IMG/VR virus record: IMGVR_UViG_3300046665_000434
Location: 64,001 to 128,000 of that record
Source: a virus
Strand: one strand, 5' to 3'
DNA length: 64,000 bases
Part shown: piece after piece, positions 6,061 through 15,127 of the stretch
Numbering within the stretch: position 1 is the stretch's first letter
Layout of the letters: each line of letters begins with the position of its first letter
Translations under genes and position numbers: made by a program
The notes under the pieces: model-generated
What the model was told of the DNA's origin: nothing
Database searches by the model: none
The model's input: the letters and a program-made list of their open reading frames with translations, nothing else

Positions 6061-6489
6061 ATGTCCACTACGCCTCATGTTCGAGTTGGTGTCGCAGTCC
6101 TTATTCGGAGGGCTAACGGTAAGCTTCTCGTTGGTCGTCGTCAAGGAAGTCATGGCGCTGGTACTTGGACTGTCCCTGGTGGACATCTGGAGTTCGGTGA
6201 ATCGATCGAAGACTGTGCTCGACGTGAAGTGGCTGAAGAGACTGGCCTTACTCTGCTGAGCGTATCGGTAGGTTTTGCCGTAACCAATGATATCTTCACC
6301 GAAGTCAACAAGCACTACATCACCGTCTGGGTGGAAGCTACCGTCGGTGAGATTGACGAAGCCGAAAACCTAGAGCCTGAGAAGTGCGATGGTTGGGAAT
6401 GGTATCATGGACCAGAGGTTCCCACACCTCGATTCCTAGGTCTCCAGAACTTGATAGATCAACGTCCAGCCTACTGGAGTTATACTTGA
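6061..6489 (+). CDS. Nudix hydrolase (MutT/NUDT15-like)
   Basis: Nudix box GGHLEFGESIEDCARREVAEETGL; EPEKCDGWEW; ATG 6007 lies inside the tRNA, so 6061 is preferred. Confidence 0.9.
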   Translation: MSTTPHVRVGVAVLIRRANGKLLVGRRQGSHGAGTWTVPGGHLEFGESIEDCARREVAEETGLTLLSVSVGFAVTNDIFTEVNKHYITVWVEATVGEIDEAENLEPEKCDGWEWYHGPEVPTPRFLGLQNLIDQRPAYWSYT

Positions 6490-6498
6490 TACCATATT

Positions 6499-6627
6499 TC
6501 CATGATAGCTACTCGGAAAGGCGCCGTCAATGGGTTCGACTCCCGTTACCCTTAGGGGTATGTTGCCACCCGTACGGGTGGCTTGGCATAGACGGAGATT
6601 GTAGGTTCGACCCCTGCTCATGGAACC
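6499..6627 (+). ncRNA. tRNA-like RNA with a 62-nt structured anticodon-loop region
   Basis: TCCATGA/TCATGGA-A-CC; CCGTC/GACGG; a second T arm inside the loop. Confidence 0.7.
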
Positions 6628-6669
6628 TAATCTTCAGCACAGTAGCCTATTCACGTTAGGAGTATTTTC

Positions 6670-6819
6670 ATGAGTATCGAAAACGAAAAGATCGTAACCG
6701 AACGGAAAGCTTCCGGGCCAAATCTCTCGATGCCGAAATGGAAACCCAGTCAGAAGCTCGCTGATGAGATCGGCGATGAACTTGCGGAACTGATGGCGAA
6801 AGAAGCCTCGGCCAAGTAA
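6670..6819 (+). CDS. small hypothetical protein (49 aa)
   Basis: AGGAG SD; MSIENEKIV...KEASAK; below ORF-track cutoff. Confidence 0.6.
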   Translation: MSIENEKIVTERKASGPNLSMPKWKPSQKLADEIGDELAELMAKEASAK

Positions 6820-6834
6820 GCACAACTCTTTAAT

Positions 6835-6938
6835 CCCTGGTCGACCATGCGGGGTTGGGCCTATACCCACGATACGATACGATCTAGCTACACGTCCGTC
6901 GTGGTTATTTGTCGGGAGTTCGATCCTCTCACTCGGGG
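6835..6938 (+). ncRNA. degenerate tRNA-like element
   Basis: GGGAG-TTCGATC-CTCTC T arm; CCACGA/TCGTGG long arm; weak acceptor stem. Confidence 0.35.
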
Positions 6939-6955
6939 CTGTATTTGGAGTCGCT

Positions 6956-7159
6956 ATGCTTGACAACGTTGAAGAAAATGTTGAGTACAGGTCTCCATCA
7001 GGGATCAGGTTCAAGGTAACCAGTATAGCGAGACATGCTCAGGATTGTTCCTGGCCCATGATCGTATACACTAATCTCGAACCTACCAAAGACGCACCTA
7101 CCGGTACAGTCTGGGTTATCGCTGAGTCGATATTTCTGAGAACGTTTTCGCGGATATAG
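6956..7159 (+). CDS. DUF1653-like protein
   Basis: V..IARHAQD....IVY..L....VWV...F motif. Confidence 0.6.
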   Translation: MLDNVEENVEYRSPSGIRFKVTSIARHAQDCSWPMIVYTNLEPTKDAPTGTVWVIAESIFLRTFSRI

Positions 7160-7223
7160 TTTAATGGTAGAGCCTCAGCCTTCCAAGCTGTTGACCCGAG
7201 TTCGATTCTCGGTATCCGCTCCA
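7150..7223 (+). tRNA. tRNA-Gly(TCC)
   Basis: GCGGATA/TATCCGC; ctTCCaa loop; TCCA end; overlaps upstream stop codon. Confidence 0.93.
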
Positions 7224-7232
7224 ACACAGGTC

Positions 7233-7277
7233 GCCACCTACCCTTCGGGTAGGTGGCTATACCTTCTTCTTTTTTTT
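7233..7277 (+). terminator. terminator of tRNA cluster
   Basis: GCCACCTACCC-TTC-GGGTAGGTGGC and long T run. Confidence 0.8.
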
Positions 7278-7345
7278 GTTAACGTAAGTTGCGTTTATTA
7301 TGTAGATAAATTCTTCAATACAGTTTAGCAGTAAGAGAGGTACTG

Positions 7346-7627
7346 ATGTCCTCAACCGTTCACGAACTTAATGATAACGTGTTCAGAAAGTATCTGATCT
7401 ACGCAGTCGTCGAAGACAGTGATTGTCGGCCACTTCAGCTACAGCTCCACCTGATGATGGAGCACGTCTATACCCGTAAGGGCTTGCATCCTGACGTTCA
7501 GAAAGAGGAGTTCGAGAAGTCTCTCTTTTCGTGGGCGCGTAATAACCGGTTGTTCCCTGCCCGCATTACGCCGACAGTAGAACGGTTCTTGAAAGCTAAT
7601 AAATCTAACGGGAGGATTGCAGCATGA
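7346..7627 (+). CDS. hypothetical protein
   Basis: GAGG SD. Confidence 0.65.
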   Translation: MSSTVHELNDNVFRKYLIYAVVEDSDCRPLQLQLHLMMEHVYTRKGLHPDVQKEEFEKSLFSWARNNRLFPARITPTVERFLKANKSNGRIAA

Positions 7628-8328
7628 CTCAAGAATACGCAAGCACCAAGATCGTCACCGCCTGGCACGCACAAGCGCCTAACTCTGGCGGTAAAGGTGA
7701 AGACGGCTATAGCGTCAAGTACAAGAATGGCTACGTCAGCTGGTCACCGACCGCTGCATTTGAAGAGAGTAGCGTCGCTCTCGGTAACATCAGCCACTTC
7801 CCTCCATTCCTGCAACGCCTGATTGCAGAACACGCCATCTTGAGTGACAAACTCACTAAGCTCCAGGACTTCATCGATTCGTCTGATTTCCAGATACACA
7901 TCGACGATCCTGATGAGCGTGCGCGCTTGAATCTGCAAGAGTCCCTGATGGCCCGGTATGCCGAAGTGCTGGCTGTCCGTATCGCCGTCCACAAAGAGAA
8001 AGTCGTTAATGCACCGCCTGCGACCATCACTCCAGTCATCGTGAGGTACGCCGGTAAAGGCCCGCATGAACTCCAGGAGCAAACCGTCGCTTTGGGCGAC
8101 ATGCCTGAATCGTTTGATCTCGAGAAAGTCAGCGAGGCTGTTGCAGCAAAGGTTGGCGATGTCGTATATCAGGAAGACGTCTATGAACTCGACGGCCAAG
8201 GTAGTCCTGTCGTGAACGTAGGCCATGATGGACAGCAGGTGTTTGTGATCAAGCACCACAAAGGCACGCCCGTTATCCAGGAACCGATGAAGTTTGGCGA
8301 TGAGTTCAACTTCAACAAAAACGACTGA
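7624..8328 (+). CDS. multidomain phage protein (GYxVxYxxGYxSWSP domain + crAss001_48-like helical domain)
   Basis: TKIVTA..GYSVKYKNGYVSWSPTAAFEE; RLIAEH..L..KL..L..FI...Q..LM..Y..VL..RI. Confidence 0.6.
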   Translation: MTQEYASTKIVTAWHAQAPNSGGKGEDGYSVKYKNGYVSWSPTAAFEESSVALGNISHFPPFLQRLIAEHAILSDKLTKLQDFIDSSDFQIHIDDPDERARLNLQESLMARYAEVLAVRIAVHKEKVVNAPPATITPVIVRYAGKGPHELQEQTVALGDMPESFDLEKVSEAVAAKVGDVVYQEDVYELDGQGSPVVNVGHDGQQVFVIKHHKGTPVIQEPMKFGDEFNFNKND

Positions 8329-8370
8329 TATGGAATTGTTGTTAATTCCAAAACCTATCGGGAGAGTACC

Positions 8371-8685
8371 ATGACTAAAAAGTCCGATGCCGCTAAGGTG
8401 AAAGAAGTGGAGAAACGGTCAGTCTGGCAATCCGTTTCGAAAGAGGCGGAGACCCTGGCAGAGAAACGGCTGGAATGGCTGGAGCTCAATGACCCGGCGA
8501 ACGCTGCTCGCATCCGTACGTTGCGCCGCGATGATGGCAGCCTGGTAATCAACGAGTTGACCGGCACAGTCCATGACCTGGACGTTGCATTGGTTCCCCG
8601 GACTCTCGATGATCTGCAAAACACTGATCCGCTGGTAGGGCGTAAGTCCTATAAGCTGCAACCGGCTGATCAGAAAGCAGAGTAG
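8371..8685 (+). CDS. hypothetical protein
   Basis: GGAG SD; paralog of C-terminus of 3963..4493. Confidence 0.7.
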   Translation: MTKKSDAAKVKEVEKRSVWQSVSKEAETLAEKRLEWLELNDPANAARIRTLRRDDGSLVINELTGTVHDLDVALVPRTLDDLQNTDPLVGRKSYKLQPADQKAE

Positions 8686-8691
8686 CTGGAC

Positions 8692-8721
8692 ACAGCGTAG
8701 GGCTTTCGCCCTACGCTGTTT
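8692..8721 (+). terminator. hairpin terminator
   Basis: ACAGCGTAGGGC-TTTC-GCCCTACGCTGT. Confidence 0.65.
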
Positions 8722-8736
8722 ATGCCGGAGATATAC

Positions 8737-8997
8737 ATGGATAATACACAGTGGCTCTTGGAACGTTACGAGAAGGCTTTGAGAGCTATCGCTAAGGGTT
8801 TGTCAGGACATAACGCTAAAGCCGTCGCTACAAGCGCTCTAGGCTGGCCTGACATACCTGCCGATCACCACGTTTGGGTTCTGTTCGACATGGCTGAAGG
8901 TGGGGCGTTCATGTGTGAGCGTTGTGCGGACTGTCAGCTCGGTTATAACCACGCCCCTCCCCCTAAAGAAGGTTGTACTGGAAGGAAAATCGAGTAA
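8737..8997 (+). CDS. hypothetical protein, possible Zn ribbon
   Basis: GGAG SD; HVW..CERC..C. Confidence 0.6.
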   Translation: MDNTQWLLERYEKALRAIAKGLSGHNAKAVATSALGWPDIPADHHVWVLFDMAEGGAFMCERCADCQLGYNHAPPPKEGCTGRKIE

Positions 8998-9068
8998 GTC
9001 ATACATTACCTAACCGCTAAGTCTATGTAGGACCGGAGCACACCAATCTTACAGCGAGGAATATCCTT

Positions 9069-9227
9069 ATGTCTATTGGACTCTTGCTCCTCATCATCCT
9101 GATCGTACTGCTGATCGGAGGTCTGCCTACTTGGGGATATTCGAGAGGATTCGGGTACGGGCCATCAGGGGTGGTTGGAGTGGTACTGGTTATCGTTGTG
9201 GTCATGCTGGTACTTGGCAGGCTATAA
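9069..9227 (+). CDS. DUF3309-family small membrane protein (52 aa)
   Basis: MSIGLLLLIILIVLLIGGLPTWGYSRGFGYGPSG...LVLGRL; not in ORF track. Confidence 0.8.
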   Translation: MSIGLLLLIILIVLLIGGLPTWGYSRGFGYGPSGVVGVVLVIVVVMLVLGRL

Positions 9228-9238
9228 CGAACTACACT

Positions 9239-9266
9239 GCCGAGGGGCTTCGGCCTCTCGGCTTTT
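9239..9266 (+). terminator. intrinsic terminator
   Basis: GCCGAGGGGC-TTCG-GCCTCTCGGC-TTTT. Confidence 0.75.
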
Positions 9267-9291
9267 ATGCCGCATTAACGAGGAAATATAA

Positions 9292-9972
9292 ATGACATCA
9301 CCGCAAGATGAACTCAACAAGAAACATATCGAAACACCAGAACCTGGAGATTACTGGCACGAACGTATGGTTCCGTACCATCTGGTGCTGGCGGTTCTGG
9401 AAAATGGGAACATCGTTATTGCTGAAAGCGGGGATTATTCCGGCATCAGGCTTGATCGTTGTCGCGAAGTCACCAAGGCAGAACAGAACAAGCTCGTATG
9501 TTATCATGGACATACTCAGGCGTTCTGTGCCGATGTGTTAGTAGGGTCTGAAAATGGCTTGAAGGGCGTGGATGTTTGGAAGATGCATTACCGCGGGGAC
9601 TATACTTCCATCGACGAAAGTAAGGTCAGTAAAGAATCCCCAGTGGGCGTATCTGTTGAGATCATTGGTCCAACACCGCGCATCGATCCGATGATCCCTA
9701 ACGTCATCACCGGACGGTATATCCAAATGCTGGGTAGCCGTGGATTTGAGCCCGTCCAGAATGAAGACCCCGACCAATTCACTTGTCCTGATAGCTTCGA
9801 TGGAAATCATCTTCTCTGGATGCTAATCAAGATCCGTAAAGGTGAACTCTCCGATGTAGGTAAAGCCAACCGCTGGCTGGCCTTCGTACAAACCGTAATC
9901 ATCTTCAAGGGATGGACCACGATCAAAGAAGAACGTGACTTCACCCGCCCTTATTTCAACAACACTAACTAA
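9292..9972 (+). CDS. hypothetical protein
   Basis: GAGG SD, 226 aa. Confidence 0.75.
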   Translation: MTSPQDELNKKHIETPEPGDYWHERMVPYHLVLAVLENGNIVIAESGDYSGIRLDRCREVTKAEQNKLVCYHGHTQAFCADVLVGSENGLKGVDVWKMHYRGDYTSIDESKVSKESPVGVSVEIIGPTPRIDPMIPNVITGRYIQMLGSRGFEPVQNEDPDQFTCPDSFDGNHLLWMLIKIRKGELSDVGKANRWLAFVQTVIIFKGWTTIKEERDFTRPYFNNTN

Positions 9973-9984
9973 AGGAACATTGCC

Positions 9985-10353
9985 ATGAAAGTACTCACTT
10001 ACGAGCAATTCCTCGCTACCGATCGACCAGTCATCTACGCTACGATCGATCCAAAGACCGGCGAGATGTCTAACGATCTTTGCTTGAAATACAAAACGGT
10101 CGGTAAAGGTTGGGAATACACTAGCCTCTCCCCCGATTTGTCGGTAGGTACTGATTACAACAAACTGGCCACTAACTCCGACCTCGTCAAGGAATGCATC
10201 GCTAGCGGAGAAGACGTCCCCATGAACTTCGACGACAATGGTCGCCGTGAAGACGGCTCCTTTCAAGACCAATGTTTGTTTGGCGTCTTTACAGAAGATG
10301 AAGTTAAATCAATGGTCAGTGTCTTGAGGGCAGCGGCGGATTTGCCCGGTTAA
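9985..10353 (+). CDS. hypothetical protein
   Basis: AAGGA SD. Confidence 0.7.
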   Translation: MKVLTYEQFLATDRPVIYATIDPKTGEMSNDLCLKYKTVGKGWEYTSLSPDLSVGTDYNKLATNSDLVKECIASGEDVPMNFDDNGRREDGSFQDQCLFGVFTEDEVKSMVSVLRAAADLPG

Positions 10354-10413
10354 AGTTTAACGCCAAGCACGAACTATATAAGACAACCACGCAATATAAG
10401 GAAGCGTAGTAAG

Positions 10414-10845
10414 ATGTCCATTAGACCGCCAGTGTTGGCGATTGATCGCCAGAAACATTATCGTGATGCATTTACCGATAAAACGATGCGGCTCTATCTG
10501 CCCGTCAACGATCGGGACGAGGTGGTCGAGCACACTAACGGAGAGTGGTTGAAGTGCTGGACCTGGACCGATGTTGAAGGTGAGGTCCCGGTTGCGCTGT
10601 CATCGACAGCGGTGGGTATTTCCCACGCTCTGTTGTGGGCTCCTCGAGAAGATGCCCGTTTGACGCCAGATGGCGTGGTGATCGTCATGGCGCCATTACC
10701 TCGCAGTGTGGCATTCAATAGCCTCAGTAAGCTCGACCAATGGTCACGGCATCTGGAGCGGTCACCTGAATTTGATATCGAGTATCGAGTCGAGACAAAA
10801 CCGATATTCGTCGTTAATGACCCTGAAGAAAATCCACGTAATTAA
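10414..10845 (+). CDS. hypothetical protein
   Basis: ORF in operon. Confidence 0.65.
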   Translation: MSIRPPVLAIDRQKHYRDAFTDKTMRLYLPVNDRDEVVEHTNGEWLKCWTWTDVEGEVPVALSSTAVGISHALLWAPREDARLTPDGVVIVMAPLPRSVAFNSLSKLDQWSRHLERSPEFDIEYRVETKPIFVVNDPEENPRN

Positions 10846-10861
10846 TAAGGAGGGTATTCCC

Positions 10862-11953
10862 TTGGCTGAGAAGAAACCTTTGCTGCTGTTCTCCGGTGGT
10901 CTGGACTCCACGTACATCGCGTACAAACACTTCATTAAACAAGAACAGTTCGATATTGTCTATATCGATGGTCGCCAATCTCGTCGTAAAATCGAGGTCG
11001 AGGAGGCTGTTCGTGGTGAGATCCTCAATTGGTTACGTAAGCATACTGAGTTCTCCTGCTATCCTCGCCAACACTCCGCGGCGTCTACCGTGGACTGGTC
11101 TAACGCTACCAGCGCCGGGTTTCGTCAGGCTATGGCTTGGTTTGTATGCGCTCTGGAAGTGGTCGATCCACACGTACACTCTTGCGTGGAAATCGGCTAT
11201 GTTGCAGGTGATCAGATCTCATCCAATCTCGATACCCTGATCGCCGCTTGGAACGCGCTCTGGCCGGTAGCTAAAATCAGCGACAGCGTGGTCCCATTGA
11301 AATTTCCTCTTCGTTATACGACGAAGACTGAAATCATGAACCATATGCCGAAGGATCTGTACGAACTCACTTGGGTGTGTGAGCTTCCTAAGGGTGATGT
11401 TCGTACAGGGTATAAACCTTGTGGTGACTGTGTTCCATGCGATACCCGAGGAATGCTCGAGTACTCCAAAGCTCGTCGGAAAATGACTGCTGAAGAGCAA
11501 AGTCAGCTCGATGCATGGATCGGAAAAACTCTCGATCTGCGCCAACTGGCGAAACCTGAAATCGTGGCAGCGACTGCAAAGGACGCATATAGCGTTACGG
11601 ATAGTGTACAGGAGATCGTCGAGATCGCCAAGAAACTTTCCGAACCTGCCGATGAGAAGCCGGTCACTTACCAACTTGACTGGTCGAAGGTAAAGCAGGG
11701 AGGTACTGATGTCGCCAATGCGTTACAACAGCTTACCGATACAGCGCTGGCGATCAATAAACTCCCTCCTTCGGAAATGGCAAAACTGTTTGTGCTCGAT
11801 GATCACGGCGACCCTCTTCCAGTTGCAGACGGCGCGGTAAAATGGGTAGATCCGATGACATCTGTGCTTAAACGGGATCTTGAGGAACGCGGGTATATGG
11901 ATGCGATCCCATCGGGGCCGGTCAATGACTTACGGAAGGAGGCTGACCTGTAA
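10862..11953 (+). CDS. QueC-like PP-loop ATPase with C-terminal extension
   Basis: LLFSGGLDST PP-loop; TWVCELP..PCGDCVPC Zn site; TTG start after AGGAGG. Confidence 0.75.
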   Translation: MAEKKPLLLFSGGLDSTYIAYKHFIKQEQFDIVYIDGRQSRRKIEVEEAVRGEILNWLRKHTEFSCYPRQHSAASTVDWSNATSAGFRQAMAWFVCALEVVDPHVHSCVEIGYVAGDQISSNLDTLIAAWNALWPVAKISDSVVPLKFPLRYTTKTEIMNHMPKDLYELTWVCELPKGDVRTGYKPCGDCVPCDTRGMLEYSKARRKMTAEEQSQLDAWIGKTLDLRQLAKPEIVAATAKDAYSVTDSVQEIVEIAKKLSEPADEKPVTYQLDWSKVKQGGTDVANALQQLTDTALAINKLPPSEMAKLFVLDDHGDPLPVADGAVKWVDPMTSVLKRDLEERGYMDAIPSGPVNDLRKEADL

Positions 11954-12705
11954 TGCTGCAATCTATCGATAGCCTCGCCCTGAAGACCATGTTCAAAGTC
12001 AGGCTCGAGAAATTGGGCCTGTTGTTCGTACATGACTTCATCAGGATTCACAACCCTGGACGTAACACGTACCACAACACCACCCACATGCTCGGTGTCG
12101 CTGAGATGGCTACTCGTCTGTGGGATATCGAAGTAGGTCCAGCTGAGCACGATGAGGCCGGTAACTGTCTCGAAGAGCTCGTGGTGGCTGCGTTATTCCA
12201 CGACTTCGACCACAGTGCTGGTGAACTCCCTGACAAGGAGAACATAGCTGACGCCAAGCTTGGCATCGAACAGATGCTGGATCGGAAAGAGTACGACGGT
12301 CAAGTCGGCCTTTACATGATCATGGACGACGGGTTTATCCCGGCCGTTCATCGATTGATGGATGTTACGGAATACCCGTTCGTACATGAGCCAGTCAGTA
12401 CGTCTGAGAAGATCATCCGCGATGCGGATATCCTCTATACGTTCCAGAGCCGTACAGGGCCGATCGTACATGGCCTGTATCGAGAGCTGATGAAGTCTGG
12501 ACGTCTGACTATCGGCATGACGTTCGGACAGTTCCTGGAAGGTCAGCAAGGCTTCCTGGATGGTGTGCAGATGTTCACCAAGACGGGGGCGGTGTTGAAG
12601 GAAGCGTTGACTGCTAAGGTCATTGCCGAACAAAAGCGTTTCGATTACGAAGTCCTCAATGAACGAGGACAGATCCTCAAAAACCAGTTCAGGAATAAAC
12701 GATGA
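11953..12705 (+). CDS. HD-domain phosphohydrolase
   Basis: YHNTTH..ALFHDFDH..IIRDAD. Confidence 0.8.
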   Translation: MLQSIDSLALKTMFKVRLEKLGLLFVHDFIRIHNPGRNTYHNTTHMLGVAEMATRLWDIEVGPAEHDEAGNCLEELVVAALFHDFDHSAGELPDKENIADAKLGIEQMLDRKEYDGQVGLYMIMDDGFIPAVHRLMDVTEYPFVHEPVSTSEKIIRDADILYTFQSRTGPIVHGLYRELMKSGRLTIGMTFGQFLEGQQGFLDGVQMFTKTGAVLKEALTAKVIAEQKRFDYEVLNERGQILKNQFRNKR

Positions 12706-13493
12706 GTCTACTATCCGATCGGCAGATCAGGGCACGCTGTACACCGCCTGAGTTTTACGCAGTGACTACCCATCAGAAGACTAATCAGCAACTGGTCTTC
12801 CCGTATGGTCGGGATCAACTGATCAAGAATTCGAGAGATCTTGATCAGGCCCGTGGGGATGGTGCGACCATGGTCGATTGTCCCCGGACAATGGGGCCGG
12901 TTACTCATTCCGCCACGGCTGAACTGTTGCGCAAGTCAGGCTGGAAACCAATGATCTCGCCCTTCTCACCAGAGTTGGTCAGGTATCACGGGAAGACCAG
13001 AATCATCAGCTGGGGTCTGAGCTCCTACGGGTACGACATTCGTATCTCTGGGGTTGACCTCAAGCTCTTCAACAACATCGGTGGACAGATCGTTGACCCG
13101 ATGCGGATCCAGACTGGCCGCTACGCAGTGCCGGAAGTGATGCACGATGATGAGTTCGATCTGGACTACTTCATCTTACCGCCTAACAGTCTGGTGCTGG
13201 CTCACACGGTTGAAAGCTTCTGTATCCCACGGGACATCCTCGTGACGTGCATTGGCAAGTCAACCTATGCCAGAGTGGGTGTGCACCAACTGGTGACGCC
13301 GCTGGAGCCTGAATGGGAAGGCGAATTGGTGCTCGAGATTGCATCGACTACCAACTATCACACCCGCGTCTATATCGGCTGCGGTATCGCTCAGCTGATG
13401 TTCAACAAAGCTGATGAAATCTGCGAGGTCAGTTACAAGGACCGTGACGGTAAGTATCAGGGACAGACGGGTACTCAAGATGCGCTCGTTTAA
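12702..13493 (+). CDS. dcd: dCTP deaminase
   Basis: LSSYGYDIR; GKSTYARVG; TPLEPEWEGELVLEI; GKYQGQ. Confidence 0.93.
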   Translation: MSLLSDRQIRARCTPPEFYAVTTHQKTNQQLVFPYGRDQLIKNSRDLDQARGDGATMVDCPRTMGPVTHSATAELLRKSGWKPMISPFSPELVRYHGKTRIISWGLSSYGYDIRISGVDLKLFNNIGGQIVDPMRIQTGRYAVPEVMHDDEFDLDYFILPPNSLVLAHTVESFCIPRDILVTCIGKSTYARVGVHQLVTPLEPEWEGELVLEIASTTNYHTRVYIGCGIAQLMFNKADEICEVSYKDRDGKYQGQTGTQDALV

Positions 13494-13520
13494 GATGGGA
13501 CTCTACCAGGATCATCGGTT

Positions 13521-13802
13521 ATGAGAACACTGTGTGTAATTCTGTTTGGCGTGTTCTTCAGTACTGGGTTATTCTATATCGCTGGTGCGTTCGTGGCCGG
13601 TGATTGGAACTCTGGTCATTGGGATGTCGTTTCCAAGCTCTTCTTGGCGATATCAATAATCATCGTCCATTTCGTGATGGTTATAGCTGGACTTGTCCAT
13701 CGTAAAGAAATTGAGACCTGGTTCAGGACTAAGCGAGCCCAAGTATCGGCAGCTAACGTAGTGCCGATTGTAAAGGAACAGGACAATGCCCGGAAAGGTT
13801 AG
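13521..13802 (+). CDS. membrane protein
   Basis: two TM segments. Confidence 0.65.
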   Translation: MRTLCVILFGVFFSTGLFYIAGAFVAGDWNSGHWDVVSKLFLAISIIIVHFVMVIAGLVHRKEIETWFRTKRAQVSAANVVPIVKEQDNARKG

Positions 13803-14193
13803 ATCTCGTAACTTCGATCTGGTGGTGGCGCAGATGCAATCCACCATTCTTCCATCGATTGGGTTATACCGCACCCAGGGCTGGAAGAAGTTCAGTTATC
13901 GAGTCAGTCGTGAGGATGCGGGGATTGGCCGCATCCGTGAAGAGCTGGTGGAGAAGGTTGTCGCCTATGGCAAGAAGGTCGGCATGATCATCTTCTACGA
14001 CAATCTCCACCACAGTTTCCACTTCGATTATGACCTCTTTTCGGTAACACTAACTGTAGATGAGGCCAAAGCGTTCAATGTAGCTTTCGAGGAGAGACGT
14101 CTTGGAACTGTGGACAATACAAATAGCCAAACACCGGTTAGCCAAAAGCCAAGGGATAGTGTTCCTCGACACAACAGTCAAGAGCGGCGATAG
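13786..14193 (+). CDS. hypothetical protein
   Basis: AGGA SD; overlaps next gene. Confidence 0.55.
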   Translation: MPGKVRSRNFDLVVAQMQSTILPSIGLYRTQGWKKFSYRVSREDAGIGRIREELVEKVVAYGKKVGMIIFYDNLHHSFHFDYDLFSVTLTVDEAKAFNVAFEERRLGTVDNTNSQTPVSQKPRDSVPRHNSQERR

Positions 14194-14470
14194 ATGTTTT
14201 GCTCCTGGGTGGGGCATGGTAATGGCCCACAAGGCTGGTGAGATCTCGGATGAGGACTATACTGAGCGTTATATCGGGATGATGCGATACACCTATCACT
14301 TTCGCAAAGAACGTTGGTTGGAGGTATTGGCTAACGAACGGCTGGCTATAGCGTGTTATTGTACGCCCGGTAAGTTCTGTCACCGCCATCTACTGGCGGA
14401 CTACTTGGTGAAGGTTGGCCAACGAAACGGTATACTCGTAACGTTTAATGGCGAATTGACATCTGTATGA
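14102..14470 (+). CDS. DUF488-like protein
   Basis: FAPGW..K..CYC..FCHRHLLA; TTG start after GAGGAG. Confidence 0.7.
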   Translation: MELWTIQIAKHRLAKSQGIVFLDTTVKSGDRCFAPGWGMVMAHKAGEISDEDYTERYIGMMRYTYHFRKERWLEVLANERLAIACYCTPGKFCHRHLLADYLVKVGQRNGILVTFNGELTSV

Positions 14471-14486
14471 GAGAAGCGTAGTTAGG

Positions 14487-15125
14487 ATGACTGTCATGAT
14501 AAAGCACATGTTCAAGCTGTTCAAGTGGCTGAGTGACAAAACCGACCAGGAACCCACACCTGAGTCCGTAGAAGAAACACCCAAGACTATAGAACCGCCT
14601 ATCTTGCTGAGGATCGATAAGATCGATTCCGATCAGGAGAACTCACGGCAGTTCTTGGCGTATGGGTGGTGTCATGGCATCCAGACTTACCTGACTAACT
14701 TCGTTTTTGATTGGGTAGAATTCATCAATCGGCAGATAGGGCCCGATGGGCACTACACTACCCGGATGATGCACGTCCCTGTTAATGACGAGTATCAGGT
14801 CAGAGCAGACTGGATCGATTCAGTAGATGGCCGAGCTCTAAACTTTACTGGCGATACTCCGTTGTTTGTATTCATGCCGTATCCTCGTTGGGGAGATGAG
14901 GTGGCATCTACAGACATGCTGTTCGGAGGTCCTAGTCACAAAGCGTTATCTATCCTGCATGCCGTAGCACTGAGGCTGGAATGTCGGATCAATACGATCG
15001 AGACCAGCCCTAACGGCGACATGCTGGTGATATTCAAACCGCGCGATAAAAACTTCGACTTAAAAGAAGTGGTCGGTCGCATCAAAGCGGTATTAGAAGA
15101 AACAACTCAAGAAAATAAGGGGTAG
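14487..15125 (+). CDS. hypothetical protein
   Basis: 212-aa ORF in operon. Confidence 0.7.
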   Translation: MTVMIKHMFKLFKWLSDKTDQEPTPESVEETPKTIEPPILLRIDKIDSDQENSRQFLAYGWCHGIQTYLTNFVFDWVEFINRQIGPDGHYTTRMMHVPVNDEYQVRADWIDSVDGRALNFTGDTPLFVFMPYPRWGDEVASTDMLFGGPSHKALSILHAVALRLECRINTIETSPNGDMLVIFKPRDKNFDLKEVVGRIKAVLEETTQENKG

Positions 15126-15127
15126 TC

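Noticed and set aside
2620-7227. ORF-track entries overlapping tRNAs (2620, 4626, 5048, 5085, 6384, 6436, 7039) and the 6007 Nudix start
   Set aside because: They overlap clear RNA genes and lack SD sites or motifs.
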